From NCBI GenBank assembly GCA_030295235.1, contig AP026124.1, forward strand, positions 1,488,001 through 1,552,000: DNA of 64,000 nucleotides. Reading direction: 5' to 3'. Shown piece after piece: positions 49,296-61,088 of this stretch (positions are counted from its first letter, which is position 1; each line of letters starts with the position of its first letter). The position numbers were made by a program, and so were the translations under genes. The stretch comes from Fistulifera solaris. Its lineage: Eukaryota. The notes beneath the pieces are model-generated. The model was given only the letters and a program-made list of their open reading frames with translations, made no database searches and was not told where the DNA came from.

Positions 49296-49633
49296 TGTTT
49301 CGGATCAACGATAAATAAATCTGAAGAGTTATGCGCTTAGCGAAGTTGTGTCGCTGAAAAAGTTTTTGATCTTTTTCGCTTGCAAAACTGCATGAGCGAC
49401 AAGAGCGATGCGATAGAGCTAGGAAGCGGCACGATCCACGTACTCTTGACGCTATACAGACGAGTCGTGAGCGCAGCTTCCGTGAAAAGAGAATACGGTA
49501 TTGGATTCCACAGCAAGACTCGACTCAAAACACAAATCAGTCACGAGTCACGACTCGTCGGTTAGTCACCTCTAAACTCCCAAACATATTTAAGCTTTCT
49601 ACTCTATTACATTTCTCCATGATTTTCGCTGTC

Positions 49634-50814
49634 TTATTCATCATTCTCTTCGTCAGACTCTTCAAGAACAGCCTCCCCAACTTGGATTGACACCGCTCCT
49701 TCGCCAAGCTCGAGCTCCAAAAGGCGACCTGAAGTAGCTACTTTGTATAGACGATCCATAGTTGCTCCGTACACAATATTAACCCGGCGTCCGCAAATAA
49801 CAGTTTCTTCTTCTCCGGCTGGGTCTTCCGTCGAGGCCGTTAGAGCAACCTTTTGGGGTAACGAAGTCGCGTCGAAACTACAATTCCATGAAAAGCTGGG
49901 GCTTTTTCCCTCTGCACAAGGCACCTTGAGTTGTTGAATAATGTCATCGTCCAATGGTTCGGCATCCAAAGGACAGTGATTCAGCCAAATGTTCACTAAT
50001 ATGGTGTATCTCTTTTGTTGGGTTCCGATTTGACTTTCTTGTTGGGAGGTTCTTCCAGCTCACAAGAGTGTTGTCCTTGCATTGCGGGAAAGAATGTAGC
50101 CGGAGCGCCATGCAATAGTCGGCCGTCAAATGCGATATGCTTTCCAACGGAAGGTTGTGATAACCAGGCTGTGCGGATCTCTCCTCCAAGACTATCAATG
50201 TTGGTGGGTGGAGGGGACTTCTTATTGAAAACAACTGTTGGCGCTCCAGAGTCACTTAAGTACGTGACAGTAGCTATGCGCGGATGCACCAGTAAATTGG
50301 GAGCTTGTTCTTCCAAGCCGTAATCTGCGTCAAAATGCATTCCGACCTCATCTCCTTGCTCGTCGTCATCCTCGTCCTCGTTGTCGTCTTCTTTCTCATT
50401 TTCTTCGCTTTCGTCCATGACAAGTGTCCACCATTCAGCCCCCGATTGCTCGGGAAGATACAGCGTTTTGTCTGTAACGTGTCGATGAAAAAGGTCGAGG
50501 ACGAAAGCTTCGATGGCGCATCGGGGTTTCATCACGCTTGGCATGAAGTAAGTGACACCCGCACTGTACGAAACATTTTCTTCCTTATCTCTTGCCGTAA
50601 ATACTATTTCGCAGTCGTGCCGCCAGTCGTCGATATTCGAAAAATTCAAAGCATGTTCAAAAGCCAGAAAAGGTTGACGAGGGATCGGTTCGTCGCCCTC
50701 AATCCAATGGCTACCGTCCTGTCTTCGTAATGCAGGGAAACCGTCTCGTATCACAAAGTCCTTATTGAAACTATTATTGTTGTCGGCTTCGTCCGTTGAG
50801 ACTGGTTCGCTCAT
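49634..50814 (-). CDS. Uncharacterised 2OG-Fe(II) oxygenase-like protein; frameshift near 50010
   Basis: AEWW...MHFDAD (HxD), HP.IATVTYLS, AFDGRLLHG, and LNIWLNH in the second ORF. Confidence 0.6.
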
Positions 50815-51411
50815 GTTTGTTTTGATTTATGATGATAATAGTTTTTGATAGCGATAAAAAACAGTGCTGATCGATGAATTGATCGGTTGATTATTGCGTG
50901 GCGCAATAAGAGCTACCTGGACGAGCGAAGGACGAGCGGTCTAAGGTCTTACCCAGTTAGGACGAAGAAGTGAGTGAACTTAATCAAGCAATATTCGTCA
51001 ATGTTTATCCAGCTATCACTGTCTGCTGTTGCCCAATGTCGTGAAGATTCAAGAAAATTCGTTTGATCAAGTTTGATTCGTTCTTTATTTCCAAATAGTC
51101 TAGTACTTTGCGACGTAGAATTCAGCAAACTCTTTTTTTATAAATTAAGTACACATAAGGGCGGCATCAAGAAAAGGAACATTGGTTTAGTGCGTTTCGT
51201 TTCACCGTGATTAACATCATCGAATGTCTGGTTGGCATAGAAAACCAGTCCAAGCAAAAGGCTTCCACTGTAGTGATGATTGACCTGAATATTCATTCAA
51301 TGGGAAAGTCATCTCGAATCATAACAGAATTAGATTGTGCGTATTAACGGTGAAGTGCCTGTCGCGTATCCCACTACCTCATCCCCGTATCCAGTATTGT
51401 CGCTGCATGGC

Positions 51412-53846
51412 CTAGACGCGGATGGGAGCAGCTGCCATCGCAGTATTCCGCAAACAATCCTGGACACGAAGCCCTAATTCGTGATCTTCGCTCTCTACGG
51501 ATACTTGCGCGTTTATTTCGTCCAAAAAGTCAACCTTGACAACGCAGAGAATATCCTCGCCATCACCTTGTATCTCAAAAGTTGCTTTCGCTCCTTCGAA
51601 CGCAGCCTCTACGTTGCTATATTGCTCTTGGAGAACAGAAAAGAACAGTCTCAGTCGGCTTTCAATCAAATTCATTTCAGTTGAAATCTCTTCGAATTTA
51701 ACCTTCTTCTCATTTGGTTCATCGGAGTTGTTCTCTCTTGGATGACGACACGGTTTACTTGTCAAGCGGATTGAAGCTGAACTACTTTGTGCATGAAGCA
51801 AGAGCGCAACAAAGGAGTCGGCAATTACATCACCAGCAGGGCTTGCTTCCCATTCGACAATCGCTACACCAACGCTTTGCCCAATTGTTACGGAAACCTG
51901 AAAAAGCAACAAGAGTAAATCAGAATAGCGAACGTCTTAGCCTCCAAGAGAGCACTCCGTGTATTTACCTTTCCACCTTGCAATTCAAATTTTGTAACCG
52001 ACGCGTCGATTCCCTCCGTCTCGTACTTCTTCACACCGTGATACATTTCATTCAAAAATAATTCAAGCGTACTCGCTGCACCACAAAAGGGGACGTGAAG
52101 TTTCGACGAAATCGAACCGAGACGCAGGGGCGTGTACGTAGCAAGGTCGTCGGGTGAAACAATTTTGGAACTGAAATTGTTGGTAACCATGATTCCTTCT
52201 ACCTTTTCCCCTTCTTGTGGTTCGTCCTCTCGATCTGCTAGTGTTCCCATAACTTTAGCAGAGCGCCGCCTGGCAAACTTCAACTTCACCTCTTGTAAAT
52301 TTGGTGGCATTGTAATTGTCGGGCGCTTATTCTGTTGACCAACCTTTAGTGCGGTGATGTCCAGCGTTGGTAGAAATTCAATCTTTGCTCACGTACCTCA
52401 GGATATTGCTTGTACATATGAACTAGCGCGCTCTTCAAACGTCCCATTTCGTCCTTCTGTCCGTGAACTAAGATTATGTGCCGCGGCGCAACTTGCGTAA
52501 TAAAACTTCGATTTTGAACGAAGTCTACGTGGGCCGAGAAACTGACGTAGTCCACCAAACAATTGAGTGGCTGTCGTCTTCCTTCGAGCGTGATAACTTC
52601 TTTGGGTTGTGCCATGATTTCCTTTGCCAGGGTGTGCTCCACAGCATAACCGGCAATTAAAACGCCATTTTTCGGATCTGCCGCCCATCGGTCGAAAAGT
52701 TGTCTCGACACCCCACTTTGTAACATACCTGGAGAAGCAAACACTACAGAGGGACCCGAGTCGTCGAAATTGTGTACGTCAATCGATTTAAGATTTTGAA
52801 TGAAACGAAAAGAGAACGGATTACTGATGTCCATTTGAGCGCGAATTCTTGCATTCATCATATTGGCGTAAGTCTGGTAGACACGGAGTGCTCGCGACGC
52901 TAATTTGCTGGCATAATAGATCGGGATCTTTTGTAAGTGAGGGTTTGCTTGCCAGTATTCATCTAGGATGAGCAATAGTTCCTAGCCACAAACAATTTTT
53001 AGTCAGAAAATGCAAGAGGTTCTCTGGCTACTAGCTCCTAACGTACCTGAGCTCGACCTAATGCAAATACAGGGATGAGACATCGCCCACCTCGCGTAAC
53101 TACTCGTTCTACGGTTCCTGTAAAACGCGCTTCGCGTTCTGGACGACTGGTGTGCGCCTGTACACCATAAGTCGACTCGACGATGAGTAGATCTGGCTTT
53201 TGTTCAGGGATTTCGGCTGCCATCAAATGTCGATCTTGTTCCATACTGTAATCCCCCGTATACAAAACGCTGCGACCTCCCAGCTCCATCCAGAACATAC
53301 AGGCGCCAAGTACATGGCCGGCATTGAGTGCATGAAAGGATAAACCCCCAACCGTGACAGTGGTATGATAATCAATCAACTCGATCTGTTATGGGTGAAC
53401 AGCGAATGAGCGTGTAGGGAAGTAACGAAAGGTTGTAGGAAGAACAAGTAACTCACCTTGTTAATGCAAGATTGTAGTTCTGCTTCCGTGTACAACACAT
53501 CCTCTGCTTTCGCATTGTTCATCTGCAAGAGTCGCAAATAATCCCCCAACAGCAGTCGCAGCACCGATTTGGTAGGATGTGTCATGAAGATCCGTCCCTT
53601 AAAATTGGTTCTCTCCGTCAAATAAGGCAGTGAAGCGGCGTGATCCAGGTGGAAGTGTGTCACCAGTAGAACATCTATCTGATCGGGTTCGATGCGGTCC
53701 AAGAAAGGAAGCCCATTCATTCCGTCGTAGCCCGGATGTATTCCGATATCCAACATGATCGTCATTCCGCGGAATTCAAGGACATGACAGGACCGGCCGA
53801 CTTCCTGGCCTGCTCCCAGCGGCGTCAGGGACATTATGTCTTCCAT
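51412..53846 (-). CDS. CPSF3: CPSF73/YSH1 pre-mRNA 3' endonuclease, multi-exon
   Basis: [56 protein letters not shown] and LVHG across 5 exons with GT-AG boundaries. Confidence 0.95.
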
Positions 53847-54237
53847 TTCTAAGAGTTGCAAGTTGAAAGTGGGCAATGTAGTCAAATAGTTGTGTTTACT
53901 TGCACTCGTTCTGTTACCATCCATGGTTCTTGCTTTTTGTCCCTTCAAGTTTTGAGATTTGGGAGACGATCAGTCGCCCGGACGAAAGCTCAGACTGACG
54001 TCGTGTCTCTATTGAGAGCTTTATCTCTAATGAAGTATTGTTTCAGGGAGCAATACAAACTACAAAACATCGGCAACTGAATCTTGCAGATTCGCAGACA
54101 GGCAGCTCCTGTTGTCAAGCAGTACCTCGCACATAGAAAAAGGTCTAAGATCGCTCGTTTCGGTCCAAAGATTCGCCGTCCACAATTGCTTTCTCTGAGC
54201 CACTCGATCACAACACTGCAACCATCCGTTCGTCAAA

Positions 54238-54880
54238 ATGATCTACTCACGTTTCTTCGCTTTCTTTGCCCTCTGTGCCTTCGCTTCGGCTGGACGTTTC
54301 TTGGAAGAGGAAGCTGATCCGTGCCTCGATGGTACCGAAACATTCCAGGAGTCCGTCGAGTATTCCAACTCGACCGACGCTCTCTATGCGGCGCTTGACG
54401 AATTTGAAGCCAATGCCACCGGAGTATGCGTTGTTGTGGATGGTCGCACAGAGTGGTACGTTTGTTCGAAGCCAATTTGTGCTCGTGATTTACATTACTT
54501 TTATTGATTTATCTCACCTTGTTGACATCCTCTCCGTCAACAGCAAGGGAGCCCTCCCCGCCGATGTTTTGTCGACCTACGAAGAGAGCTGCGCTACCAT
54601 GGGAGGAAACCTTATCACCGTGTCCAATATGCGAATCACATGTGACTTTCCTGACACTGGCAACATGTACACTGTGATCGAAACCTTCCCTGACTGTGTG
54701 GCCAGTGTCTGCACGGAAGACTCGGAGAAGGATCTGAAGAAAGAATTGACCAGCGCAGTGGATGAACACAAAGAGGGTGATTTCACATACTGCTTTGTTG
54801 TTGAAGGCGAAAGTGGTGCGTTCTCAGCTTTCTCTATTGGGGCTGTCTTCATGTCACTCGCTGCCTTGTTCGTCCTCTAA
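54238..54880 (+). CDS. Secreted, probably GPI-anchored Cys-containing acidic protein; intron 54456-54543
   Basis: Signal peptide then AGRFLEEE, about 8 Cys, and a C-terminus ESGA followed by the hydrophobic tail FSAFSIGAVFMSLAALFVL. Confidence 0.7.
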
Positions 54881-55117
54881 ATCATGGAGATAAGGCTGGA
54901 ACGGGAAACAAAGGCATTCTATGTTATATAATGTGAATCTTGCTTGACTTCCCAAGGTCCTCCTAAGTGTAGCAACCTGGTCTTCAAATAGTTCATCTGT
55001 TTCGCTGTAACAAACCATAGTCTGGAATGTGTGCTGCGTGCTGCCACTTCTTTTCAAATTTATCTCTATATCTATTACGGAGTATCTACCGCGATCCGCG
55101 ATGCGTCCGTGTGTGTC

Positions 55118-55628
55118 TGTTGAAATTTCTACCGCGGTCTGTAACTGCTCTCGGCTATCGGGGACTCCACACACCCCAGACGAAAGACTATTGAAACAAC
55201 GAACTTTTGCTCCAAACACTCGTTTACAGAATTATGACGATTTCCTCACGATTACTTTCGCTTTCCTCTTTTCACTGGTCTCCGATCTGATCTTGATCTG
55301 ATCATGATCCGATCTTGCCAAGTCCATTTCTCCAATAACAACTTTAGGATAAAATAGCCCTTTCTGCCAATCCACCAGATTCTCCATTATTGCATGTTCC
55401 TTAGCAACTAGCAACAGTCATCGTCCATAATTGCATACTGGATTCTTCCGTGATCCCAAATCCCCAAACATATAGTTCGAAACACTTCCGAGACTCCTTT
55501 CACGAGTAGAATGCTTTCCCAATAAACTAGGCGGTCATTTCGAACCATTCCGACATCCGATGACGTGTCAACTCATGACTGAATAAATCTTTCAGTCCGA
55601 CACTCAACCTCGACCTCGCTCTTTGACA
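55118..55628 (-). repeat. 3' LTR (511 bp)
   Basis: Direct repeat of 60062-60571, preceded on the minus strand by a polypurine tract at 55629-55639. Confidence 0.95.
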
Positions 55629-58600
55629 TCCTCCCTGTCGGCTGCTAAGATTAACTGCGTCATGAGTCCTTCTCTAACAACAGGCACCAAAAGATCATGG
55701 ATTTTCTCTGTCACATTCTTGGTTTCCAGATCTGCAATATTCCTTTCCGATCGAATAAACTTCACAACCAGCCTGGCTTCTTCCTTCTCCGTTGCAGCCA
55801 TCATCTCCCTTATAAAATGCATTCGAATATCAATGTGTTTCGTCCTATTCCCCACAACTTGGTTTTCCATCAAGAAGATTGCGCCCGTGTTATCTTCAAA
55901 CAAGGTAGCCGGTCGAATCTTCACCTTCGGAAACAATTCTTCGAATAACATCTGCAAAAACTTGATGTCCGTCGCACACGTAGATGCCGCATAATATTCC
56001 GCCTCCGTACTTGACAGTGTCACCGCCGGTTGCAACTTGCTTGAAAAGCCACACAAACAACCTCCAATGGTAACAAAGTAGCCAGTAACACTTTTCCGCG
56101 TCTCCTTGTTCGTAGCAAAGTTTGAATCCACCCATGCGTAAACCTTCAAATTAACAGGCTCGCGCAACTTCAAATGAACGTCCGTACTCTCGAGATAGCC
56201 GACCAATCTCTTCATCGCTCTCCAATGTTCTTCACCTGGCGAATCCATAAACATTGCAAGCTCCCTAACTGCATTTCCACATTCCGGAGCTACTTTCCGC
56301 ACCAGCCACATGAGACGTCCGAGAAACTTCCGATACTGATCCTTATTAACTGGATCGCCTTCGTTCTTCACAAGCGATTCCCCTGGATAGCCCGGTGTCT
56401 TCTCAGCTTTCAACGGTCCAATCAGCTCCTTCCAATCCTTTACTATCTCGTCTTTGTACTCATCCATTCGCACTTCGTAGAACTCTCCTGCTTCATCCGA
56501 TTTTCTCTCGTACCAAACTCCCAAGTGTTTCTGAATCGGGCCCATCTCGGTAATGTTGAAGCGCTTCTTGATCTCTCTCTTGAACCAATTGATTTCTTCT
56601 TGGGGACCGGCAAGGATACAATCATCGACATACACCACAATGATTAATACTGTCTCGCCGTTCACCACTTTAAACCAGACACACGGATCCGCAGCACTCT
56701 GAATAAGCCCCAGCTTCCTCAATTGGGCACAGTAGAGCATGAAGTACTCTCGTGGACTCTGGACCAAACCGTACATCGCCCTCTCCAATAGGATGATGTA
56801 GTCAATTAACTCTTCATGCGTGATGTACCCAAACTCATATAGCCCAAAGGGCCATTCAAGATACACCTCCTCTCTCAACTTCGCTTCTAGAAACGCAGCC
56901 TCAACGTCAATAACTTCAGTGACCCACATCTTCTTCCACATGTAAAGTACCACTGCCAAAACCATTCGAACCGACATGTCCGATGCAACAGGTGAATGCG
57001 AAAGAGTGAAGTCCACACCAGGGATTTGAACAAACCCCCGCGCACAAGTCCGAGCTTTGAAACGAATTCCCGTTGCCTCTTTCTTCTTTTTGAAAATCCA
57101 CTTCGGCGTAACAGGCTTCCGTCCTCTCTCCTTCATCTGCTTTCTAGGAACCATCTTCCAAGCATCTCTTTTAATGAAATTTTCAATCTCCTTCTTCATT
57201 GCCTCTTTCCACTTGTCTGCATCCGGACCAACCAAGGCTTCCTTGTAAGTTTTCGGCGCACCAGGATCCGACGCCAACTCCGTATTCAAAACGTAGTGAA
57301 AATAACCTTCCGACACATCGATTGTATTGATCTCTCCTTTGGCGTTCATTGTTGGGTTATATGAAGTGTCCAGCCTTGCCATTTCTCTATTCAGTCTTTT
57401 CATCGTCGATTGCGTCTCTTTCCGTTGATTCGGTGCTGGAGTATTGTCCGCCGTAGCCTCGGGTACCAGAGCTTCCGTAGGACCTTCCACAGCCACTTCG
57501 ACAACTTCCTCTGCCGCTTTCTCTTCCACAACTTTCCTCCCAGAGCTTCCGTAGGACCTTCCACAGCCACTTCGACAACTTCCTCTGCCGCTTTCTCTTC
57601 CACAACTTTCCTCCCTGCTCCAGCATCGACATCTTCGAGCATCACCGGTTTGATTGCGACTTCCTCCCCAATTTGGTCATCCTTTAAGTCGACTTCCATT
57701 CCAGCTGCAAACATCCTTAACTCTGATGCAACTGAAGCACTCGATCCATGCCAGTCTGCCCAAGTGACGTCACGTGAGAGAATGACAATATTTTCATCCG
57801 GCTTGTAAACACGATACGTATCGCCCGCATGCGAATCCGCGTACCCAACCATCACGCATTTCACTGACTTCTTCTCCAACTTGGGCTGTTTGTTTCGTAA
57901 AGTCACATATCCGATCCGCCCCCACTGAACCAAGTGTTTCAGTATCTTAGGATGCTCGCCGTACCACGCATAATCAGGGCTCGATTCCACATTCCGATTC
58001 GGGACAGCGTTATCCAACTTCGTTGCCGTGTGAACAGCCTCGGGCCATAACTTTCCTTGATGCTCATCCGACAACTTCGCCGCCAACATCATCGCAAGGG
58101 CCTTATCGCGAATTGTCGTGAACTTCCTCTCAACAACACCGTTCATCTGCGGAGTATGCGGGGCAGTAAACTCCATAGTTATGCCCCTCGCCTCACAGAT
58201 CTCCTTGAATGTTCCGTTCTCGCCTGCATTATCACACCGAATGTACTTTACGATTACGTTCGGATCTCCTTTCAAGCGATCAAGAAATAGCGTCATGACT
58301 TTGCCAATCATCGACTTCTTTGTAACGAAGTAACTCCAAGCTTTGCGCGTGTAATCATCCACCAATAAGATCCAGTAGCAACTCTGTCCCAACGATTTCT
58401 TGTAGGGCCCACTCGTGTCCACGTAGAATCGTTCTCCTTTCGCCGTTGCTTTGATAGCCGTCGACTTGCACACCGCCTTTGCTTTCGCCTTCGCATACGC
58501 GCACGCCTCGCATGTCTCCTTGGTTCCAGTTAACTCGATTCCCAACTGTTTCATGAGACTCTTCAAAGGAATGTCGCTGGCGTGTCCGTACATATCGTGC

Positions 58601-60011
58601 GCAGCATTTATGTCCATCTTCACTTTGGTCTCCACCGCATGGACATCTGACTTAACAACGCTAGCCTTCAAGTAGTATAACCCATAGTGTGACTGAGGTA
58701 CCGTCAACACACTCTTTCCGGAGGGGTCAGTGATCTTCATCGCACAACTGGTTATCTCAATCTTGCACCCTTGCTTCACTAAAGCCCCAGTACTGATGAT
58801 ATTCTTTGCGAACGTTGGCGCCACCTTGACTTCACTCAACTTCATAGTACCACCCACAGTAGCGAGCATGAGTGTACCCTTCTTGTGTACTTGGACTTCC
58901 TTTCCGTCGCCGACGACCAAATACTCCTTCGTCGAAATAACATCGCGCAAAATCGTTTCATCCAAAACAACATGGCACGTCGCTCCACTGTCGAGAAGAA
59001 ACCTTTCCTTGTCGTTGACTCTCGACGTTTCGACCGCACCAACTTGATGAACGACGCCACAGAACTCTTCGCCGCCTTTGCCGACCTCATAGCACATGCC
59101 AACGAACATGTTCAGGTCCTTGTTCTCCGACTTCGGATCCTTGCCGTTCGACTTGTCCGGACACTCGCGAGAGAAATGGCCTTCCTTGCCACAGTTGAAG
59201 CAGACTTTCTTCTTGTCGCTCTTGCACTCCGCTGCCTTGTGTCCTTGTTTGCCGCAGTTGCGGCACTTTCCTTGAACTTCTTCTTAAAACCACCCTTGCC
59301 CTTTTCGACGTTTAATGCTAAATTTTTATTTTCTTTTTTGTCTTTTTTCTTTTTCTTCGTTTTCTTCATCGTTCTTGGGCTTTGAAACAGCGCTTCCACT
59401 TGTTCCGGATCTCCTTCTCGAGGTCTTCAATCGAGGTCTCGTTGATCTTTCCGCTCAACTTCGTGATCACATCCGAATACTCGTCAGGAAGGTTGGCCAA
59501 GTAGTGGGCTTTCAAAACGAAACTTGGCTTCACATACTGCGATCCGATTGTCTTCAAACGGTTCTGTAACCGATCGCACTCCAGGAAGAACTTGTCAGGG
59601 TCATCTTCCTTCGACGCCAACTTGCACCGTCCGAACTCCGCCAACACCTCCGCCAAATCTTCCTCGCTGTTCCGGGGCGTACTTAGCATCCAAAAGCTTG
59701 AATGCGTCTCTCGCATCACCATCCGCTCTCTTGACAAGACCCAAAGGAACGCCTTCGCACGCAATCACCAACAAATCGATGATCTCGAGATTGCTTCGAT
59801 ACAACTCCTTGTCCTTCGCCGTCGCCGTCGCTCCCATCGCAACTTCCTTCGTGGGGATCTCGGCCTTCAGGTCATCGAACACACTTGTCCAACCTCTCTT
59901 CGTGATCAGCGACATCGTCTTGAACTTCCAGTCATCGTACGACTTCTCAGCGACCTTGTCGTCCAACGGGTAGAAGGTCAAAGCCCTCATCTTCTCTCCC
60001 TCGTCGGTCAT
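55604..60011 (-). CDS. gag-pol polyprotein of the copia element, interrupted by several frameshifts
   Basis: Fragments 59601-60011 and 59366-59764 (gag), 59087-59293 (zinc knuckles), 57400-59109 (PR and IN) and 55604-57529 (RT and RH). Confidence 0.9.
57467..57614. repeat. Perfect 74-bp tandem duplication inside pol
   Basis: cagagcttccgtaggacc...caactttcctcc occurs at 57467-57540 and again at 57541-57614. Confidence 0.95.
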
Positions 60012-60061
60012 CTTGTCTTGTCTCGTAAACTTTTTTTTTCTCAACGCCACGCTTATAAGCG

Positions 60062-60571
60062 TGTTGAAATTTCTACCGCGGTCTGTAACTGCTCTCGGCT
60101 ATCGGGGACTCCACACACCCCAGACGAAAGACTATTGAAACAACGAACTTTTGCTCCAAACACTCGTTTACAGAATTATGACGATTTCCTACGATTACTT
60201 TCGCTTTCCTCTTTTCACTGGTCTCCGATCTGATCTTGATCTGATCATGATCCGATCTTGCCAAGTCCATTTCTCCAATAACAACTTTAGGATAAAATAG
60301 CCCTTTCTGCCAATCCACCAGATTCTCCATTATTGCATGTTCCTTAGCAACTAGCAACAGTCATCGTCCATAATTGCATACTGGATTCTTCCGTGATCCC
60401 AAATCCCCAAACATATAGTTCGAAACACTTCCGAGACTCCTTTCACGAGTAGAATGCTTTCCCAATAAACTAGGCGGTCATTTCGAACCATTCCGACATC
60501 CGATGACGTGTCAACTCATGACTGAATAAATCTTTCAGTCCGACACTCAACCTCGACCTCGCTCTTTGACA
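60062..60571 (-). repeat. 5' LTR (510 bp)
   Basis: Reads TGTCAAAGAG...TTTCAACA on the minus strand. The only difference I saw from the 3' LTR is one indel (ttcctcacg vs ttcctacg). Confidence 0.95.
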
Positions 60572-60659
60572 TGTGTCTCTGTGTAACGGCGGTACCGGGT
60601 GTCTGGGTCACGGTTTTGACGTTCGTTTTTTCGTTCAGCGAATTTATAATGTACTTGCC

Positions 60660-60875
60660 AGAATTTCTGGAGACGGTGTATTTGATCTTACAGACAATCT
60701 GTGTACCAGTTACTTTCTGGAAATTATTAGACGGTGTGTTTGATCTTACAGAAATTCTGTGTTTGCTCCAGGAACTCTGGGGACAGTTTTTTTTGATAAT
60801 ACAGAAATTTCTGTGTATTTTCCAGAAGTTTTTTCACGATGTGTTTTTAACTTACAGACATTCTGTGTACTTCCC
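60660..60875. repeat. Degenerate tandem array of 4 units (53-58 bp) with a palindromic ACAGA-N3/4-TCTGT core
   Basis: Cores at 60690, 60748, 60801 and 60854. Units share (a)cggtgt..tttgatcttACAGAnatTCTGTgt. Confidence 0.8.
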
Positions 60876-61088
60876 AATAGGCTTAAAAAATGACACCTTC
60901 ATTCATTCACATTCGTCCGTCGCACCGTCGCACCAGGCACCAGCGCACAAGCGACGAAGGAGAAAAAAAAGTGCAACTATACTGCGAATGCGACTACAGG
61001 TCATTTAACAAAAGGTCGTCCCTCTCTTTTATTATTAGAAAGTGAGGAAAGAATATTAGCTTACGACTTACGAGGACATTTTATCGCT

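Larger units (their letters stand above)
55118..60571 (-). mobile_element. Full-length Ty1/copia LTR retrotransposon (diatom CoDi-like)
   Basis: Two LTRs of about 510 bp with TG...CA ends. Domain order is gag (two CCHC knuckles), protease (LDSGA), integrase (D..D..E), RT (YVDD), RNase H (TEAEY, EDN). PPT GACAGGGAGGA. Flanking direct repeat TGTGTC. Confidence 0.97.

Noticed and set aside
50830..51400. Possible snoRNA or ncRNA in the long spacer (TGATGA...CTGA at about 51275)
   Set aside because: The boxes are only a few nt apart and there is no terminal stem or recognisable guide. No tRNA or rRNA was recognised anywhere in the window.
55085..55093. TCTACCGCG in the flank matching the LTR end at 55128
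   Set aside because: A 9-bp match is plausible by chance and is not at the junction.
54854..55414. ORFs within and across the LTRs (also 60073-60357)
   Set aside because: They are short, differ between the two LTRs because of one indel, and have no domain signal.
59280..59400. Programmed gag frameshift at the A-rich tract
   Set aside because: Several frame breaks occur in homopolymers within gag and cannot be distinguished from the window-wide indel noise.
60660..60875. CRISPR array
   Set aside because: The repeats are degenerate, the intervening segments are partly homologous to each other, there are no cas genes, and the context is eukaryotic. Kept as a tandem repeat.
60571..61008. 145-aa ORF
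   Set aside because: It arises from translating the T-rich repeat array, its start overlaps the LTR end and TSD, and it has no recognisable motifs.
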